Shown: positions 48,001 through 61,900, counted from the first letter of the stretch. The stretch is 64,000 nt of DNA from Eledone cirrhosa (GCA_964016885.1 OZ024744.1:127782001-127846000); one strand, 5' to 3'. The notes: generated by a model from the sequence alone, not told the origin. Program-made: numbers and translations.

Positions 48001-51000
48001 TGGGGTTATGTTAAGTTGGGGTTAAGTTGGGGCTAAGTTAAGTTGGGGCTGAGTTAAGTTGGGGTTAAGTTAAGTTGGGGTTGAGTTAAGTTGGGGTTAA
48101 GTTAAGTTGGGATTAAGTTAAGTTGGGGTTAAGTTAAGTTCGGCTTGAGTTAAGTTGGGGTTAAGTTAAGTTGGGGTTAATTTAAGTTGGGGTTAAGTTA
48201 AGTTGGGGTTAAGATAAGTTGGGGTTAAGTTAAGTTGGGGTTAAGTTAAGTTGGGGTTGAGTTAATTTGGGGTTAAGTTAAGTTGGGGTTTACTTAAGTT
48301 GGGGTTAAGTTGGGGTTAAGTTAAGTTGGGGTTAAGTTAAGTTGGGGGTAGGTTAAGTTGGGGGCAAGTTAAGTTGGGGTTAAGTTAAGTTGGGGTTAAG
48401 TTAAGTTGGGTTTAAGTTAAGTTGGGGCTAAGTTAAGTTGGGGTTAAGTTAAGTTGGGGTTAAGATAAGTTGGGGTTAAGTTAAGTTGGGGTTAATTTAA
48501 GTTGGGGTTGAGTTAATTTGTGTTTAAGTTAAGTTGGGCTTAACTTAAGTTGGGGTTAAGTTAAGTTGGGGTTAAGTTAAGTTGGAGTTAAGGTAAGTTG
48601 GGGTTAAGTTAAGTTGGAGCTAAGTTAAGTTGGGGCTAAGTTAAGTTGGGGCTGAGTTAAGTTGGGGTTAAGTTGGGGTTGAGTTAAGTTGGGGTTAAGT
48701 TAAGTTGGGATTAAGTTAAGTTGGGGTTAAGTTAAGTTGGGGTTAAGATAAGTTGGGGTTAAGTTAAGTTGGGGTTAAGTTAAGTTGGGGTTGAGTTAAT
48801 TTGGGGTTAAGTTAAGTTGGGGTTAACTTAAGTTGGGGTTAAGTTAAGTTGGGGTTAAGTTAAGTTGGGGGTAAGTTAAGTTGGGGGCAAGTTGAGTTGG
48901 GGTTGAGTTAAATTGGGGTTAAGTTAAGGTGGGGGTAAGTTAAGTTGGGGGTAAGTTAAGTTGGGGTTAAGTTAAGTTGGGGGTAAGTTAAGTTGGGGTT
49001 AAGTTAAGTTGGGTTTAAGTTAAGTTGGGGCTAAGTTAAGTTGGGTCTAAGTTAAGTTGGGGCTGAGTTAAGTTGGGGTTAAGTTAAGTTGGGGTTGAGT
49101 TAAGTTGGGGTTAACTTAAGTTGGGGTTAAGTTGGGGTTAAGTTAAGCTGGGGTTAAGTTAAGTTGGGGGTTAGTTAAGTTGGGGGCAAGTTAAGTTGGG
49201 GTTAATTTAAGTTGGGGTTAAGTTAAGTTGGGGTTATGTTAAGTTGGGGTTAAGTTAAGTTGGGGTTAAGTTAAGTTGGGGGTAAGTTAAGTTGGGGTTA
49301 AGTTAAGTTGGGGGTAAGTTAAATTGGGGGTAAGTTAAGTTGGGGTTAAGTTAAGTTGGGGTTAAATTAAGTTGGGGGTAAGTTAAGTTGGGGGTAAGTT
49401 AAGTTGGGGTTAAGTTAAGTTGGGGTTAAATTAAGTTGAGGTTAAGTTAAGTTGGGGTTAAGTTAAGTTGGGGTTAAGTTAAGTTGGGTTTAAGTTAAGT
49501 TGGGGCTAAGTTAAGTTGGGTCTAAGTTAAGTTGGGGCTGAGTTAAGTTGGGGTTAAGTTAAGTTGGGGTTGAGTTAAGTTGGGGTTAACTTAAGTTGGG
49601 GTTAAGTTGGGGTTAAGTTAAGCTGGGGTTAAGTTAAGTTGGGGGTTAGTTAAGTTGGGGGCAAGTTAAGTTGGGGTTAATTTAAGTTGGGGTTATGTTA
49701 AGTTGGGGTTAAGTTAAGTTGGGGTTAAGTTAAGTTGGGGGTAAGTTAAGTTGGGGTTAAGTTAAGTTGGGGGTAAGTTAAATTGGGGGTAAGTTAAATG
49801 GGGTTAAGTTAAGTTGGGGTTGAGTTAATTTGGGGTTAAGTTAAGTTGGGGTTAACTTAAGTTGGGGTTAAGTTGGGGTCAAGTTAAGTTGGGGTTAAGT
49901 TAAGTTGGGGGTAGGTTAAGTTGGGGGCAAGTTAAGTTGGGGTTAAGTTAAGTTGGGGTTAAGTTAAGTTGGGTTTAAGTTAAGTTGGGGCTAAGTTAAG
50001 TTGGGGCTAAGTTAAGTTGGGGCTGAGTTAAGTTGGGGTTAAGTTAAGTTGGGGTTGAGTTAAGTTGGGGTTATGTTAAGTTAGGGTTGAGTTAAGTTGG
50101 GGTTGAGTTAAGTTGGGGTTGAGTTAAGTTGGGGTTAAGTTAAGTTGGCGTTAAGTTAAGTTGGGGTTAAGTTAAGTTGGGGTTAAGTTAATTTGCGGTT
50201 AAGTTAGGTTGTGGGTTAAGTTAAGTTGGGGTTAAGTTAAGCTGGGGTTAAGTTGGGGTAAGTTAAGTTGGGGGCAAGTTAAGTTGGGGTTAAGTTAAGT
50301 TGGGGTTAAGTTAAGTTGGGGTTAAGTTAAGTTGGGGGTAAGTTAAGTTGGGGGCAAGTTAAGTTGGGGTTAAGTTAAGTTGGGGTTAAGTTAAGTTGGG
50401 GTTAAGTTAAGTTAGGGTTAATTTCAGTTGGGGTTATGTTAAGTTGGGGTTAAGTTAAGTTGGGGTTAAGTTAAGTTGGGGGTAAGTTAAGTGGGGTGTA
50501 AGTTAAGTTGGGGTTAAGTTAAGTTGGGGTTCAGTTCAGTTGGGGTTAAGTTAAGTTGGGGTTAAGTTAAGCTGGGGGTAAGTTAAGTTGGGTGTAAGTT
50601 AAGTTGGGGTTAAGTTAAGTTGGGGTTAAGTTAAGTTGGGGGTTAGTTAAGTTGGGGGCAATTTAAGTTGGGGTTAAGTTAAGTTGGGGTTAAGTTAAGT
50701 TGGGGTTGAGTTAAGTTGGGGTTGAGTTAAGTTGGGGTTAAGTTAAGTTGGGGTTAAGTTAAGTTGGGGTTAAGTTAAGTTGGGGTTAAGTTAAGTTGGG
50801 GGTAAGTTAAGTTGGGGGCAAGTTAAGTTGGGGTTAAGTTAAGTTGGGGTTAAGTTAAGTTGGGGTTAAGTTAAGTTAGGGTCAATTTCAGTTGGGGTTA
50901 TGTTAAGTTGGGGTTAAGTTAAGTTGGGGTTAAGTTAAGTTGGGGGTAAGTTAAGTGGGGTGTAAGTTAAGTTGGGGTTAAGTTAAGTTGGGGTTCAGTT

Positions 51001-54000
51001 CAGTTGGGGTTAAGTTAAGTTGGGGTTAAGTTAAGCTGGGGGTAAGTTAAGTTGGGTGTAAGTTAAGTTGGGGTTAAGTTAAGTTGGGGTTAAGTTAAGT
51101 TGGGGGTTAGTTAAGTTGGGGGCAAGTTAAGTTGGGGTTAATTTAAGTTGGGGTTAAGTTAAGTTGGGGTTATGTTAAGTTGGGGTTAAGTTAAGTTGGC
51201 GTTAAGTTAAGTTGGGGGTAAGTTAAGTTGGGGTTAAGTTAAGTTGGGGGTAAGTTAAGTTGAGGGTAAGTTAAGTTGGGGTTAAGTTAAGTTGGGGTTA
51301 AATTAAGATGGGGGTAAGTTAAGTTGGGGGTAAGTTAAGTTGGGGTTAAGTTAAGTTGGGGTTAAATTAAGTTGAGGTTAAGTTAAGTTGGGGTTAAGTT
51401 AAATTGGGGTTAATTTAAGTTGGGGGTAAGATAAGTTGGGGCTAAGTTAAGTTGGGGCTAAGTCAAGTTGGGGTTAAGTCAAGTTGAGGTTAACTTAAGT
51501 TGGGGTTATGTTAAGTTGGGGTTAAGTTGGGGCTAAGTTAAGTTGGGGCTGAGTTAAGTTGGGGTTAAGTTAAGTTGGGGTTGAGTTAAGTTGGGGTTAA
51601 GTTAAGTTGGGATTAAGTTAAGTTGGGGTTAAGATAAGTTGGGGTTAAGTTAAGGTGGGGTTAAGTTAAGTTGGGGTTGAGTTAATTTGGGGTTAAGTTA
51701 AGTTGGGGTTAACTTAAGTTGGGGTTAAGTTGGGGTTAAGTTAAGTTGGGGTTAAGTTAAGTTGGGGGTAGGTTAAGTTGGGGGCAAGTTAAGTTGGGGT
51801 TAAGTTAAGTTGGGTTTAAGTTAAGTTGGGGCTAAGTTAAGTTGGGGCTAAGTTAAGTTGGGGCTGAGTTAAGTTGGGGTTAAGTTAAGTTGGGGTTGAG
51901 TTAAGTTGGGGTTATGTTAAGTTAGGGTTGAGTTAAGTTGGGGTTGAGTTAAGTTGGGGTTGAGTTAAGTTGGGGTTAAGTTAAGTTGGCGTTAAGTTAA
52001 GTTGGGGTTAAGTTAAGTTGGGGTTAAGTTAATTTGCGGTTAAGTTAGGTTGTGGGTTAAGTTAAGTTGGGGTTAAGTTAAGCTGGGGTTAAGTTGGGGT
52101 AAGTTAAGTTGGGGGTAAGTTAAGTTGGGGTTAAGTTAAGTTGGGGTTAAGTTTAAGTTGGGATTAAGTTAAGTTGGGGTTAAGTTAAGTTCGGCTTGAG
52201 TTAAGTTCGGCTTGAGTTAAGTTGGGGTTAAGTTAAGTTGGGATTAAGTTAAGTTGGGGTTAAGATAAGTTGGGGTTAAGTTAAGTTGGGGTTAAGGTAA
52301 GTTGGGGTTGAGTTAATTTGGGGTTAAGTTAAGTTGGGGTTAACTTAAGTTGGGGTTAAGTTGGGGTTAAATTAAGTTGGGGTTAAGTTAAGTTGGGGGT
52401 AGGTTAAGTTGGGGGCAAGTTAAGTTGGGGTTAAGTTAAGTTGGGGTTAAGTTAAGTTGGGTTTAAGTTAAGTTGGGGCTAAGTTAAGTTGGGGCTAAGT
52501 TAAGTTGGGGCTGAGTTAAGTTGGGGTTAAGTTAAGTTGGGGTTGAGTTAAGTTGGGGTTATGTTAAGTTAGGGTTGAGTTAAGTTGGGGTTGAGTTAAG
52601 TTGGGGTTGAGTTAAGTTGGGGCTGAGTTAAGTTGGCGTTAAGTTAAGTTGGGGTTAAGTTAAGTTGGCGTTAAGTTAAGTTGGGGTTAAGTTAAGTTGG
52701 GGTTAAGTTAATTTGCGGTTAAGTTAGGTTGTGGGTTAAGTTAAGTTGGGGTTAAGTTAAGCTGGGGTTAAGTTGGGGTAAGTTAAGTTGGGGGTAAGTT
52801 AAGTTGGGGTTAAGTTAAGTTGGGGTTAAGTTAAGTTGGGGTTAAGTTAAGTTGGGGTTAAGTTAAGTTGGGGTTGAGTTAAGTTGGGGTTAAGTTAAGT
52901 TGGGGTTAAGTTAAGCTGGGGTTAAGTTGGGGTAAGTTAAGTTGGGGGTAAGTTAAGTTGGGGTTAAGTTAAGTTGGGGTTAAGTTAAGTTGGGGTTAAT
53001 TTAAGTTGGGGTTAAGTTAAGTTGGGGTTGAGTTAAGTTGGGGTTAAGTTAAGCTGGGGTAAGTTAAGTTGGGGTTAAGTTAAGTTGGGGTTAAGTTAAG
53101 TTGGGGTTAAGTTAAGTTGGGGGTAAGTTAAGTTGGGGGCAAGTTAAGTTGGGGTTAAGTTAAGTTGGGGTTAAGTTGGGGCTAAGTTAAGTTGGGGCTG
53201 AGTCAATTTGGGGTTAAGTTAAGTTGGGGTTGAGTTAAGTTGGGGTTAAGTTAAGTTGGGATTAAGTTAAGTTGGGGTTAAGTTAAGTTCGGCTTGAGTT
53301 AATTTCGGCTTGAGTTAAGTTGGGGTTAAGTTAAGTTGGGGTTAATTTAAGTTGGGGTTAAGTTAAGTTGGGGTTAAGATAAGTTGGGGTTAAGTTAAGT
53401 TGGGGTTAAGTTAAGTTGGGGTTGAGTTAATTTGGGGTTAAGTTAAGTTGGGGTTAACTTAAGTTGGGGTTAAGTTGGGGTCAAGTTAAGTTGGGGTTAA
53501 GTTAAGTTGGGGGTAGGTTAAGTTGGGGGCAAGTTAAGTTGGGGTTAAGTTAAGTTGGGGTTAAGTTAAGTTGGGTTTAAGTTAAGTTGGGGCTAAGTTA
53601 AGTTGGGGCTAAGTTAAGTTGGGGCTGAGTTAAGTTGGGGTTAAGTTAAGTTGGGGTTGAGTTAAGTTGGGGTTATGTTAAGTTAGGGTTGAGTTAAGTT
53701 GGGGTTGAGTTAAGTTGGGGTTGAGTTAAGTTGGGGTTAAGTTAAGTTGGCGTTAAGTTAAGTTGGGGTTAAGTTAAGTTGGGGTTAAGTTAATTTGCGG
53801 TTAAGTTAGGTTGTGGGTTAAGTTAAGTTGGGGTTAAGTTAAGCTGGGGTTAAGTTGGGGTAAGTTAAGTTGGGGGCAAGTTAAGTTGGGGTTAAGTTAA
53901 GTTGGGGTTAAGTTAAGTTGGGGTTAAGTTAAGTTAGGGTTAATTTCAGTTGGGGTTATGTTAAGTTGGGGTTAAGTTAAGTTGGGGTTAAGTTAAGTTG

Positions 54001-57000
54001 GGGGTAAGTTAAGTGGGGTGTAAGTTAAGTTGGGGTTAAGTTAAGTTGGGGTTCAGTTCAGTTGGGGTTAAGTTAAGTTGGGGTTAAGTTAAGCTGCGGG
54101 TAAGTTAAGTTGGGTGTAAGTTAAGTTGGGGTTAAGTTAAGTTGGGGTTAAGTTAAGTTGGGGGTTAGTTAAGTTGGGGGCAATTTAAGTTGGGGTTAAT
54201 TTAAGTTGGGGTTAAGTTAAGTTGGGGTTATGTTAAGTTGGGGTTAAGTTAAGTTGGGGGTAAGTTAAGTTGGGGTTAAGTTAAGTTGGGGGTAAGTTAA
54301 GTTGAGGGTAAGTTAAGTTGGGGTTAAGTTAAGTTGGGGTTAAATTAAGATGGGGGTAAGTTAAGTTGGGGGTAAGTTAAGTTGGGGTTAAGTTAAGTTG
54401 GGGTTAACTTAAGTTGAGGTTAAGTTAAGTTGGGGTTAAGTTAAATTGGGGTTAATTTAAGTTGGGGGTAAGATAAGTTGGGGCTAAGTTAAGTTGGGGC
54501 TAAGTCAAGTTGGGGTTAAGTCAAGTTGAGGTTTACTTAAGTTGGGGTTATGTTAAGTTGGGGTTAAGTTGGGGCTAAGTTAAGTTGGGGCTGAGTTAAG
54601 TTGGGGTTAAGTTAAGTTGGGGTTGAGTTAAGTTGGGGTTAAGTTAAGTTGGGATTAAGTTAAGTTGGGGTTAAGTTAAGTTCGGCTTGAGTTAAGTTGG
54701 GGTTAAGTTAAGTTGGGGTTAATTTAAGTTGGGGTTAAGTTAAGTTGGGGTTAAGATAAGTTGGGGTTAAGTTAAGTTGGGGTTAAGTTAAGTTGGGGTT
54801 GAGTTAATTTGGGGTTAAGTTAAGTTGGGGTTAACTTAAGTTGGGGTTAAGTTGGGGCTAAGTTAAGTTGGGGTTAAGTTAAGTTGGGGGTAAGTTAAGT
54901 TGGGGGCAAGTTAAGTTGGGGTTAAGTTAAGTTGGGGTTAAGTTGGGGCTAAGTTAAATTGGGGCTGAGTTAATTTGGGGTTAAGTTAAGTTGGGGTTGA
55001 GTTAAGTTGGGGTTAAGTTAAGTTGGGGTTAATTTAAGTTGGGATTAAGTTAAGATGGGGTTAAGATAAGTTGGGGTTAAGTTAAGTTGGGGTTAAGTTA
55101 AGTTGGGGTTGAGTTAATTTGGGGTTAAGTTAAGTTGGGGTTAACTTAAGTTGGGGTTAAGTTGGGGTTAAGTTAAGTTGGGGTTAAGTTAAGTTGGGTT
55201 TAAGTTAAGTTGGGGCTAAGTTAAGTTGGGGCTAAGTTAAGTTGGGGCTGAGTTAAGTTGGGGTTAAGTTAAGTTGGGGTTGAGTTAAGTTGGGGTTATG
55301 TTAAGTTAGGGTTGAGTTAAGTTGGGGTTGAGTTAAGTTGGGGTTGAGTTAAGTTGGGGTTAAGTTAAGTTGGCGTTAAGTTAAGTTGGGGTTAAGTTAA
55401 GTCGGGGTTAAGTTAATTTGCGGTTAAGTTAGGTTGTGGGTTAAGTTAAGTTGGGGTTAAGTTAAGCTGGGGTTAAGTTGGGGTAAGTTAAGTTGGGGGT
55501 AAGTTAAGTTGGGGTTAAGTTAAGTTGGGGTTAAGTTAAGTTGGGGTTAAGTTAAGTTGGGGTTAAGTTAAGTTGGGGTTGAGTTAAGTTGGGGTTGAGT
55601 TAAGTTGGGGTTAAGTTAAGCTAGGGTTAAGTTGGGGTAAGTTAAGTTGGGGTTAAGTTAAGTTGGGGTTAAGTTAAGTTGGGGTTAAGTTAAGTTGGGG
55701 GTAAGTTAAGTTGGGGGCAAGTTAAGTTGGGGTTAAGTTAAGTTGGGGTTAAGTTGGGGCTAAGTTAAGTTGGGGCTGAGTTAATTTGGGGTTAAGTTAA
55801 GTTGGGGTTGAGTTAAGTTGGGGTTAAGTTAAGTTGGGATTAAGTTAAGTTGGGGTTAAGTTGGGGTTAAGTTAAGTTGGGGTTAAGTTAAGTTGGGGGT
55901 AGGTTAAGTTGGGGGCAAGTTAAGTTGGGGTTAAGTTAAGTTGGGGTTAAGTTAAGTTGGGTTTAAGTTAAGTTGGGGCTAAGTTAAGTTGGGGCTAAGT
56001 TAAGTTGGGGCTGAGTTAAGTTGGGGTTAAGTTAAGTTGGGGTTGAGTTAAGTTGGGGTTATGTTAAGTTAGGGTTGAGTTAAGTTGGGGTTGAGTTAAG
56101 TTGGGGTTGAGTTAAGTTGGGGTTAAGTTAAGTTGGCGTTAAGTTAAGTTGGGGTTAAGTTAAGTTGGGGTTAATTTAATTTGCGGTTAAGTTAGGTTGT
56201 GGGTTAAGTTAAGTTGGGGTTAAGTTAAGCTGGGGTTAAGTTGGGGTAAGTTAAGTTGGGGTTAAGTTAAGTTGGGGTTAAGTTAAGTTGGGGTTAACTT
56301 AAGTTGGGGTTAAGTTAAGTTGGGGTTAAGTTAAGTTGGGGTTAAGTTAAGTTGGGGTTGAGTTAAGTTGGGGTTGAGTTAAGTTGGGGTTAAGTTAAGT
56401 TGGGGTTAAGTTAAGTTGGGGTTAAGTTAAGTTGGGGTTAAGTTAAGTTGGGGGTAAGTTAAGTTGGGGGCAAGTTAAGTTGGGGTTAAGTTAAGTTGGG
56501 GTTAAGTTAAGTTGGGGTTAAGTTAAGTTAGGGTCAATTTCAGTTGGGGTTATGTTAAGTTGGGGTTAAGTTAAGTTGGGGTTAAGTTAAGTTGGGGGTA
56601 AGTTAAGTGGGGTGTAAGTTAAGTTGGGGTTAAGTTAAGTTGGGGTTCAGTTCAGTGGGGGTTAAGTTAAGTTGGGGTTAAGTTAAGCTGGGGGTAAGTT
56701 AAGTTGGGTGTAAGTTAAGTTGGGGTTAAGTTAAGTTGGGGTTAAGTTAAGTTGGGGGTTAGTTAAGTTGGGGGCAAGTTAAGTTGGGGTTAATTTAAGT
56801 TGGGGTTAAGTTAAGTTGGGGTTATGTTAAGTTGGGGTTAAGTTAAGTTGGCGTTAAGTTAAGTTGGGGGTGAGTTAAGTTGGGGTTAAGTTAAGTTGGG
56901 GGTAAGTTAAGTTGAGGGTAAGTTAAGTTGGGGTTAAGTTAAGTTGGGGTTAAATTAAGATGGGGGTAAGTTAAGTTGGGGGTAAGTTAAGTTGGGGTTA

Positions 57001-58951
57001 AGTTAAGTTGGGGTTAAATTAAGTTGAGGTTAAGTTAAGTTGGGGTTAAGTTAAATTGGGGTTAATTTAAGTTGGGGGTAAGTTAAGTTGGGGCTAAGTT
57101 AAGTTGGGGCTAAGTCAAGTTGGGGTTAAGTCAAGTTGAGGTTAACTTAAGTTGGGGTTATGTTAAGTTGGGGTTAAGTTGGGGCTAAGTTAAGTTGGGG
57201 CTGAGTTAAGTTGGGGTTAAGTTAAGTTGGGGTTGAGTTAAGTTGGGGTTAAGTTAAGTTGGGATTAAGTTAAGTTGGGGTTAAGTTAAGTTCGGCTTGA
57301 GTTAAGTTGGGGTTAAGTTAAGTTGGGGTTAATTTAAGTTGGGGTTAAGTTAAGTTGGGGTTAAGATAAGTTGGGGTTAAGTTAAGTTGGGGTTAAGTTA
57401 AGTTGGGGTTGAGTTAATTTGGGGTTAAGTTAAGTTGGGGTTTACTTAAGTTGGGGTTAAGTTGGGGTTAAGTTAAGTTGGGGTTAAGTTAAGTTGGGGG
57501 TAGGTTAAGTTGGGGGCAAGTTAAGTTGGGGTTAAGTTAAGTTGGGGTTAAGTTAAGTTGGGTTTAAGTTAAGTTGGGGCTAAGTTAAGTTGGGGTTAAG
57601 TTAAGTTGGGGTTAAGATAAGTTGGGGTTAAGTTAAGTTGGGGTTAATTTAAGTTGGGGTTGAGTTAATTTGTGTTTAAGTTAAGTTGGGCTTAACTTAA
57701 GTTGGGGTTAAGTTAAGTTGGGGTTAAGTTAAGTTGGAGTTAAGGTAAGTTGGGGTTAAGTTAAGTTGGAGCTAAGTTAAGTTGGGGCTAAGTTAAGTTG
57801 GGGCTGAGTTAAGTTGGGGTTAAGTTGGGGTTGAGTTAAGTTGGGGTTAAGTTAAGTTGGGATTAAGTTAAGTTGGGGTTAAGTTAAGTTGGGGTTAAGA
57901 TAAGTTGGGGTTAAGTTAAGTTGGGGTTAAGTTAAGTTGGGGTTGAGTTAATTTGGGGTTAAGTTAAGTTGGGGTTAACTTAAGTTGGGGTTAAGTTAAG
58001 TTGGGGTTAAGTTAAGTTGGGGGTAAGTTAAGTTGGGGGCAAGTTGAGTTGGGGTTGAGTTAAATTGGGGTTAAGTTAAGGTGGGGGTAAGTTAAGTTGG
58101 GGGTAAGTTAAGTTGGGGTTAAGTTAAGTTGGGGGTAAGTTAAGTTGGGGTTAAGTTAAGTTGGGTTTAAGTTAAGTTGGGGCTAAGTTAAGTTGGGTCT
58201 AAGTTAAGTTGGGGCTGAGTTAAGTTGGGGTTAAGTTAAGTTGGGGTTGAGTTAAGTTGGGGTTAACTTAAGTTGGGGTTAAGTTGGGGTTAAGTTAAGC
58301 TGGGGTTAAGTTAAGTTGGGGGTTAGTTAAGTTGGGGGCAAGTTAAGTTGGGGTTAATTTAAGTTGGGGTTAAGTTAAGTTGGGGTTATGTTAAGTTGGG
58401 GTTAAGTTAAGTTGGGGTTAAGTTAAGTTGGGGGTAAGTTAAGTTGGGGTTAAGTTAAGTTGGGGGTAAGTTAAATTGGGGGTAAGTTAAGTTGGGGTTA
58501 AGTTAAGTTGGGGTTAAATTAAGTTGGGGGTAAGTTAAGTTGGGGGTAAGTTAAGTTGGGGTTAAGTTAAGTTGGGGTTAAATTAAGTTGAGGTTAAGTT
58601 AAGTTGGGGTTAAGTTAAGTTGGGGTTAAGTTAAGTTGGGTTTAAGTTAAGTTGGGGCTAAGTTAAGTTGGGTCTAAGTTAAGTTGGGGCTGAGTTAAGT
58701 TGGGGTTAAGTTAAGTTGGGGTTGAGTTAAGTTGGGGTTAACTTAAGTTGGGGTTAAGTTGGGGTTAAGTTAAGCTGGGGTTAAGTTAAGTTGGGGGTTA
58801 GTTAAGTTGGGGGCAAGTTAAGTTGGGGTTAATTTAAGTTGGGGTTATGTTAAGTTGGGGTTAAGTTAAGTTGGGGTTAAGTTAAGTTGGGGGTAAGTTA
58901 AGTTGGGGTTAAGTTAAGTTGGGGGTAAGTTAAATTGGGGGTAAGTTAAAT
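40526..58951 (+). repeat. Near-identical tandem duplication of a ~9.15-9.27 kb higher-order unit (about 40526-49799 and 49800-58951)
   Basis: Offset 9136: gctgCggg 44961/54097, gaggtttaC 45400/54536. Offset 9152: gtCgggg 46251/55403, ttCagtggggg 47501/56653, ggggttTactt 48291/57443, gggtCtaag 49047/58199, aaaTgggg 49799/58951. Offset 9274 near the unit start (40606/49880, 41385/50659). Confidence 0.92.
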
Positions 58952-61900
58952 GGGGTTAAGTTAAGTTGGGGTTGAGTTAATTTGGGGTTAAGTTAAGTTG
59001 GGGTTAACTTAAGTTGGGGTTAAGTTGGGGTCAAGTTAAGTTGGGGTTAAGTTAAGTTGGGGGTAGGTTAAGTTGGGGGCAAGTTAAGTTGGGGTTAAGT
59101 TAAGTTGGGGTTAAGTTAAGTTGGGTTTAAGTTAAGTTGGGGCTAAGTTAAGTTGGGGCTAAGTTAAGTTGGGGCTGAGTTAAGTTGGGGTTAAGTTAAG
59201 TTGGGGTTGAGTTAAGTTGGGGTTATGTTAAGTTAGGGTTGAGTTAAGTTGGGGTTGAGTTAAGTTGGGATTGAGTTAAGTTGGGGTTAAGTTAAGTTGG
59301 CGTTAAGTTAAGTTGGGGTTAAGTTAAGTTGGGGTTAAGTTAATTTGCGGTTAAGTTAGGTTGTGGGTTAAGTTAAGTTGGGGTTAAGTTAAGCTGGGGT
59401 TAAGTTGGGGTAAGTTAAGTTGGGGGCAAGTTAAGTTGGGGTTAAGTTAAGTTGGGGTTAAGTTAAGTTGGGGTTAAGTTAAGTTGGGGGTAAGTTAAGT
59501 TGGGGGCAAGTTAAGTTGGGGTTAAGTTAAGTTGGGGTTAAGTTAAGTTGGGGTTAAGTTAAGTTAGGGTTAATTTCAGTTGGGGTTATGTTAAGTTGGG
59601 GTTAAGTTAAGTTGGGGTTAAGTTAAGTTGGGGGTAAGTTAAGTGGGGTGTAAGTTAAGTTGGGGTTAAGTTAAGTTGGGGTTCAGTTCAGTTGGGGTTA
59701 AGTTAAGTTGGGGTTAAGTTAAGCTGGGGGTAAGTTAAGTTGGGTGTAAGTTAAGTTGGGGTTAAGTTAAGTTGGGGTTAAGTTAAGTTGGGGGTTAGTT
59801 AAGTTGGGGGCAATTTAAGTTGGGGTTAATTTAAGTTGGGGTTAAGTTAAGTTGGGGGTAAGTTAAGTTGGGGTTAAGTTAAGTTGGGGTTAACTTAAGT
59901 TGAGGTTAAGTTAAGTTGGGGTTAAGTTAAATTGGGGTTAATTTAAGTTGGGGGTAAGATAAGTTGGGGCTAAGTTAAGTTGGGGCTAAGTCAAGTTGGG
60001 GTTAAGTCAAGTTGAGGTTAACTTAAGTTGGGGTTATGTTAAGTTGGGGTTAAGTTGGGGCTAAGTTAAGTTGGGGCTGAGTTAAGTTGGGGTTAAGTTA
60101 AGTTGGGGTTGAGTTAAGTTGGGGTTAAGTTAAGTTGGGATTAAGTTAAGTTGGGGTTAAGTTAAGTTCGGCTTGAGTTAAATTGGGGTTAAGTTAAGTT
60201 GGGGTTAATTTAAGTTGGGGTTAAGTTAAGTTGGGGTTAAGATAAGTTGGGGTTAAGTTAAGTTGGGGTTAAGTTAAGTTGGGGTTGAGTTAATTTGGGG
60301 TTAAGTTAAGTTGGGGTTAACTTAAGTTGGGGTTAAGTTGGGGCTAAGTTAAGTTGGGGTTAAGTTAAGTTGGGGGTAGGTTAAGTTGGGGTTAAGTTAA
60401 GTTGGGGTTAAGTTAAGTTGGGGTTAAGTTGGGGCTAAGTTAAATTGGGGCTGAGTTAATTTGGGGTTAAGTTAAGTTGGGGTTGAGTTAAGTTGGGGTT
60501 AAGTTAAGTTGGGGTTAATTTAAGTTGGGATTAAGTTAAGATGGGGTTAAGATAAGTTGGTGTTAAGTTAAGTTGGGGTTAAGTTAAGTTGGGGTTGAGT
60601 TAATTTGGGGTTAAGTTAAGTTGGGGTTAACTTAAGTTGGGGTTAAGTTGGGGTTAAGTTAAGTTGGGGTTAAGTTAAGTTGGGGGTAGGTTAAGTTGGG
60701 GGCAAGTTAAGTTGGGGTTAAGTTAAGTTGGGGTTAAGTTAAGTTGGGTTTAAGTTAAGTTGGGGCTAAGTTAAGTTGGGGCTAAGTTAAGTTGGGGCTG
60801 AGTTAAGTTGGGGTTAAGTTAAGTTGGGGTTGAGTTAAGTTGGGGTTATGTTAAGTTAGGGTTGAGTTAAGTTGGGGTTGAGTTAAGTTGGGGTTGAGTT
60901 AAGTTGGGGTTAAGTTAAGTTGGCGTTAAGTTAAGTTGGGGTTAAGTTAAGTCGGGGTTAAGTTAATTTGCGGTTAAGTTAGGTTGTGGGTTAAGTTAAG
61001 TTGGGGTTAAGTTAAGCTGGGGTTAAGTTGGGGTAAGTTAAGTTGGGGGTAAGTTAAGTTGGGGTTAAGTTAAGTTGGGGTTAAGTTAAGTTGGGGTTAA
61101 GTTAAGTTGGGGTTAAGTTAAGTTGGGGTTGAGTTAAGTTGGGGTTGAGTTAAGTTGGGGTTAAGTTAAGCTAGGGTTAAGTTGGGGTAAGTTAAGTTGG
61201 GGTTAAGTTAAGTTGGGGTTAAGTTAAGTTGGGGTTAAGTTAAGTTGGGGGTAAGTTAAGTTGGGGGCAAGTTAAGTTGGGGTTAAGTTAAGTTGGGGTT
61301 AAGTTGGGGCTAAGTTAAGTTGGGGCTGAGTTAATTTGGGGTTAAGTTAAGTTGGGGTTGAGTTAAGTTGGGGTTAAGTTAAGTTGGGATTAAGTTAAGT
61401 TGGGGTTAAGTTGGGGTTAAGTTAAGTTGGGGTTAAGTTAAGTTGGGGGTAGGTTAAGTTGGGGGCAAGTTAAGTTGGGGTTAAGTTAAGTTGGGGCTAA
61501 GTTAAGTTGGGTTTAAGTTAAGTTGGGGCTAAGTTAAGTTATGGCTAAGTTAAGTTGGGGCTGAGTTAAGTTGGGGTTAAGTTAAGTTGGGGTTGAGTTA
61601 AGTTGGGGTTATGTTAAGTTAGGGTTGAGTTAAGTTGGGGTTGAGTTAAGTTGGGGTTGAGTTAAGTTGGGGTTAAGTTAAGTTGGCGTTAAGTTAAGTT
61701 GGGGTTAAGTTAAGTTGGGGTTAAGTTAATTTGCGGTTAAGTTAGGTTGTGGGTTAAGTTAAGCTGGGGTTAAGTTGGGGTAAGTTAAGTTGGGGTTAAG
61801 TTAAGTTGGGGTTAAGTTAAGTTGGGGTTAAGTTAAGTTGGGGTTAAGTTAAGTTGGGGTTAAGTTAAGTTGGGGTTAAGTTAAGTTGGGGTTGAGTTAA

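Noticed and set aside
46251-58951. Offsets 9152 and 9136 are exact multiples of 16 (572 and 571 monomers)
   Set aside because: The unit contains many 11-, 15- and 17-bp monomers, and other offsets (5765, 9274, 11990, 475) are not multiples of 16, so this is probably coincidence.
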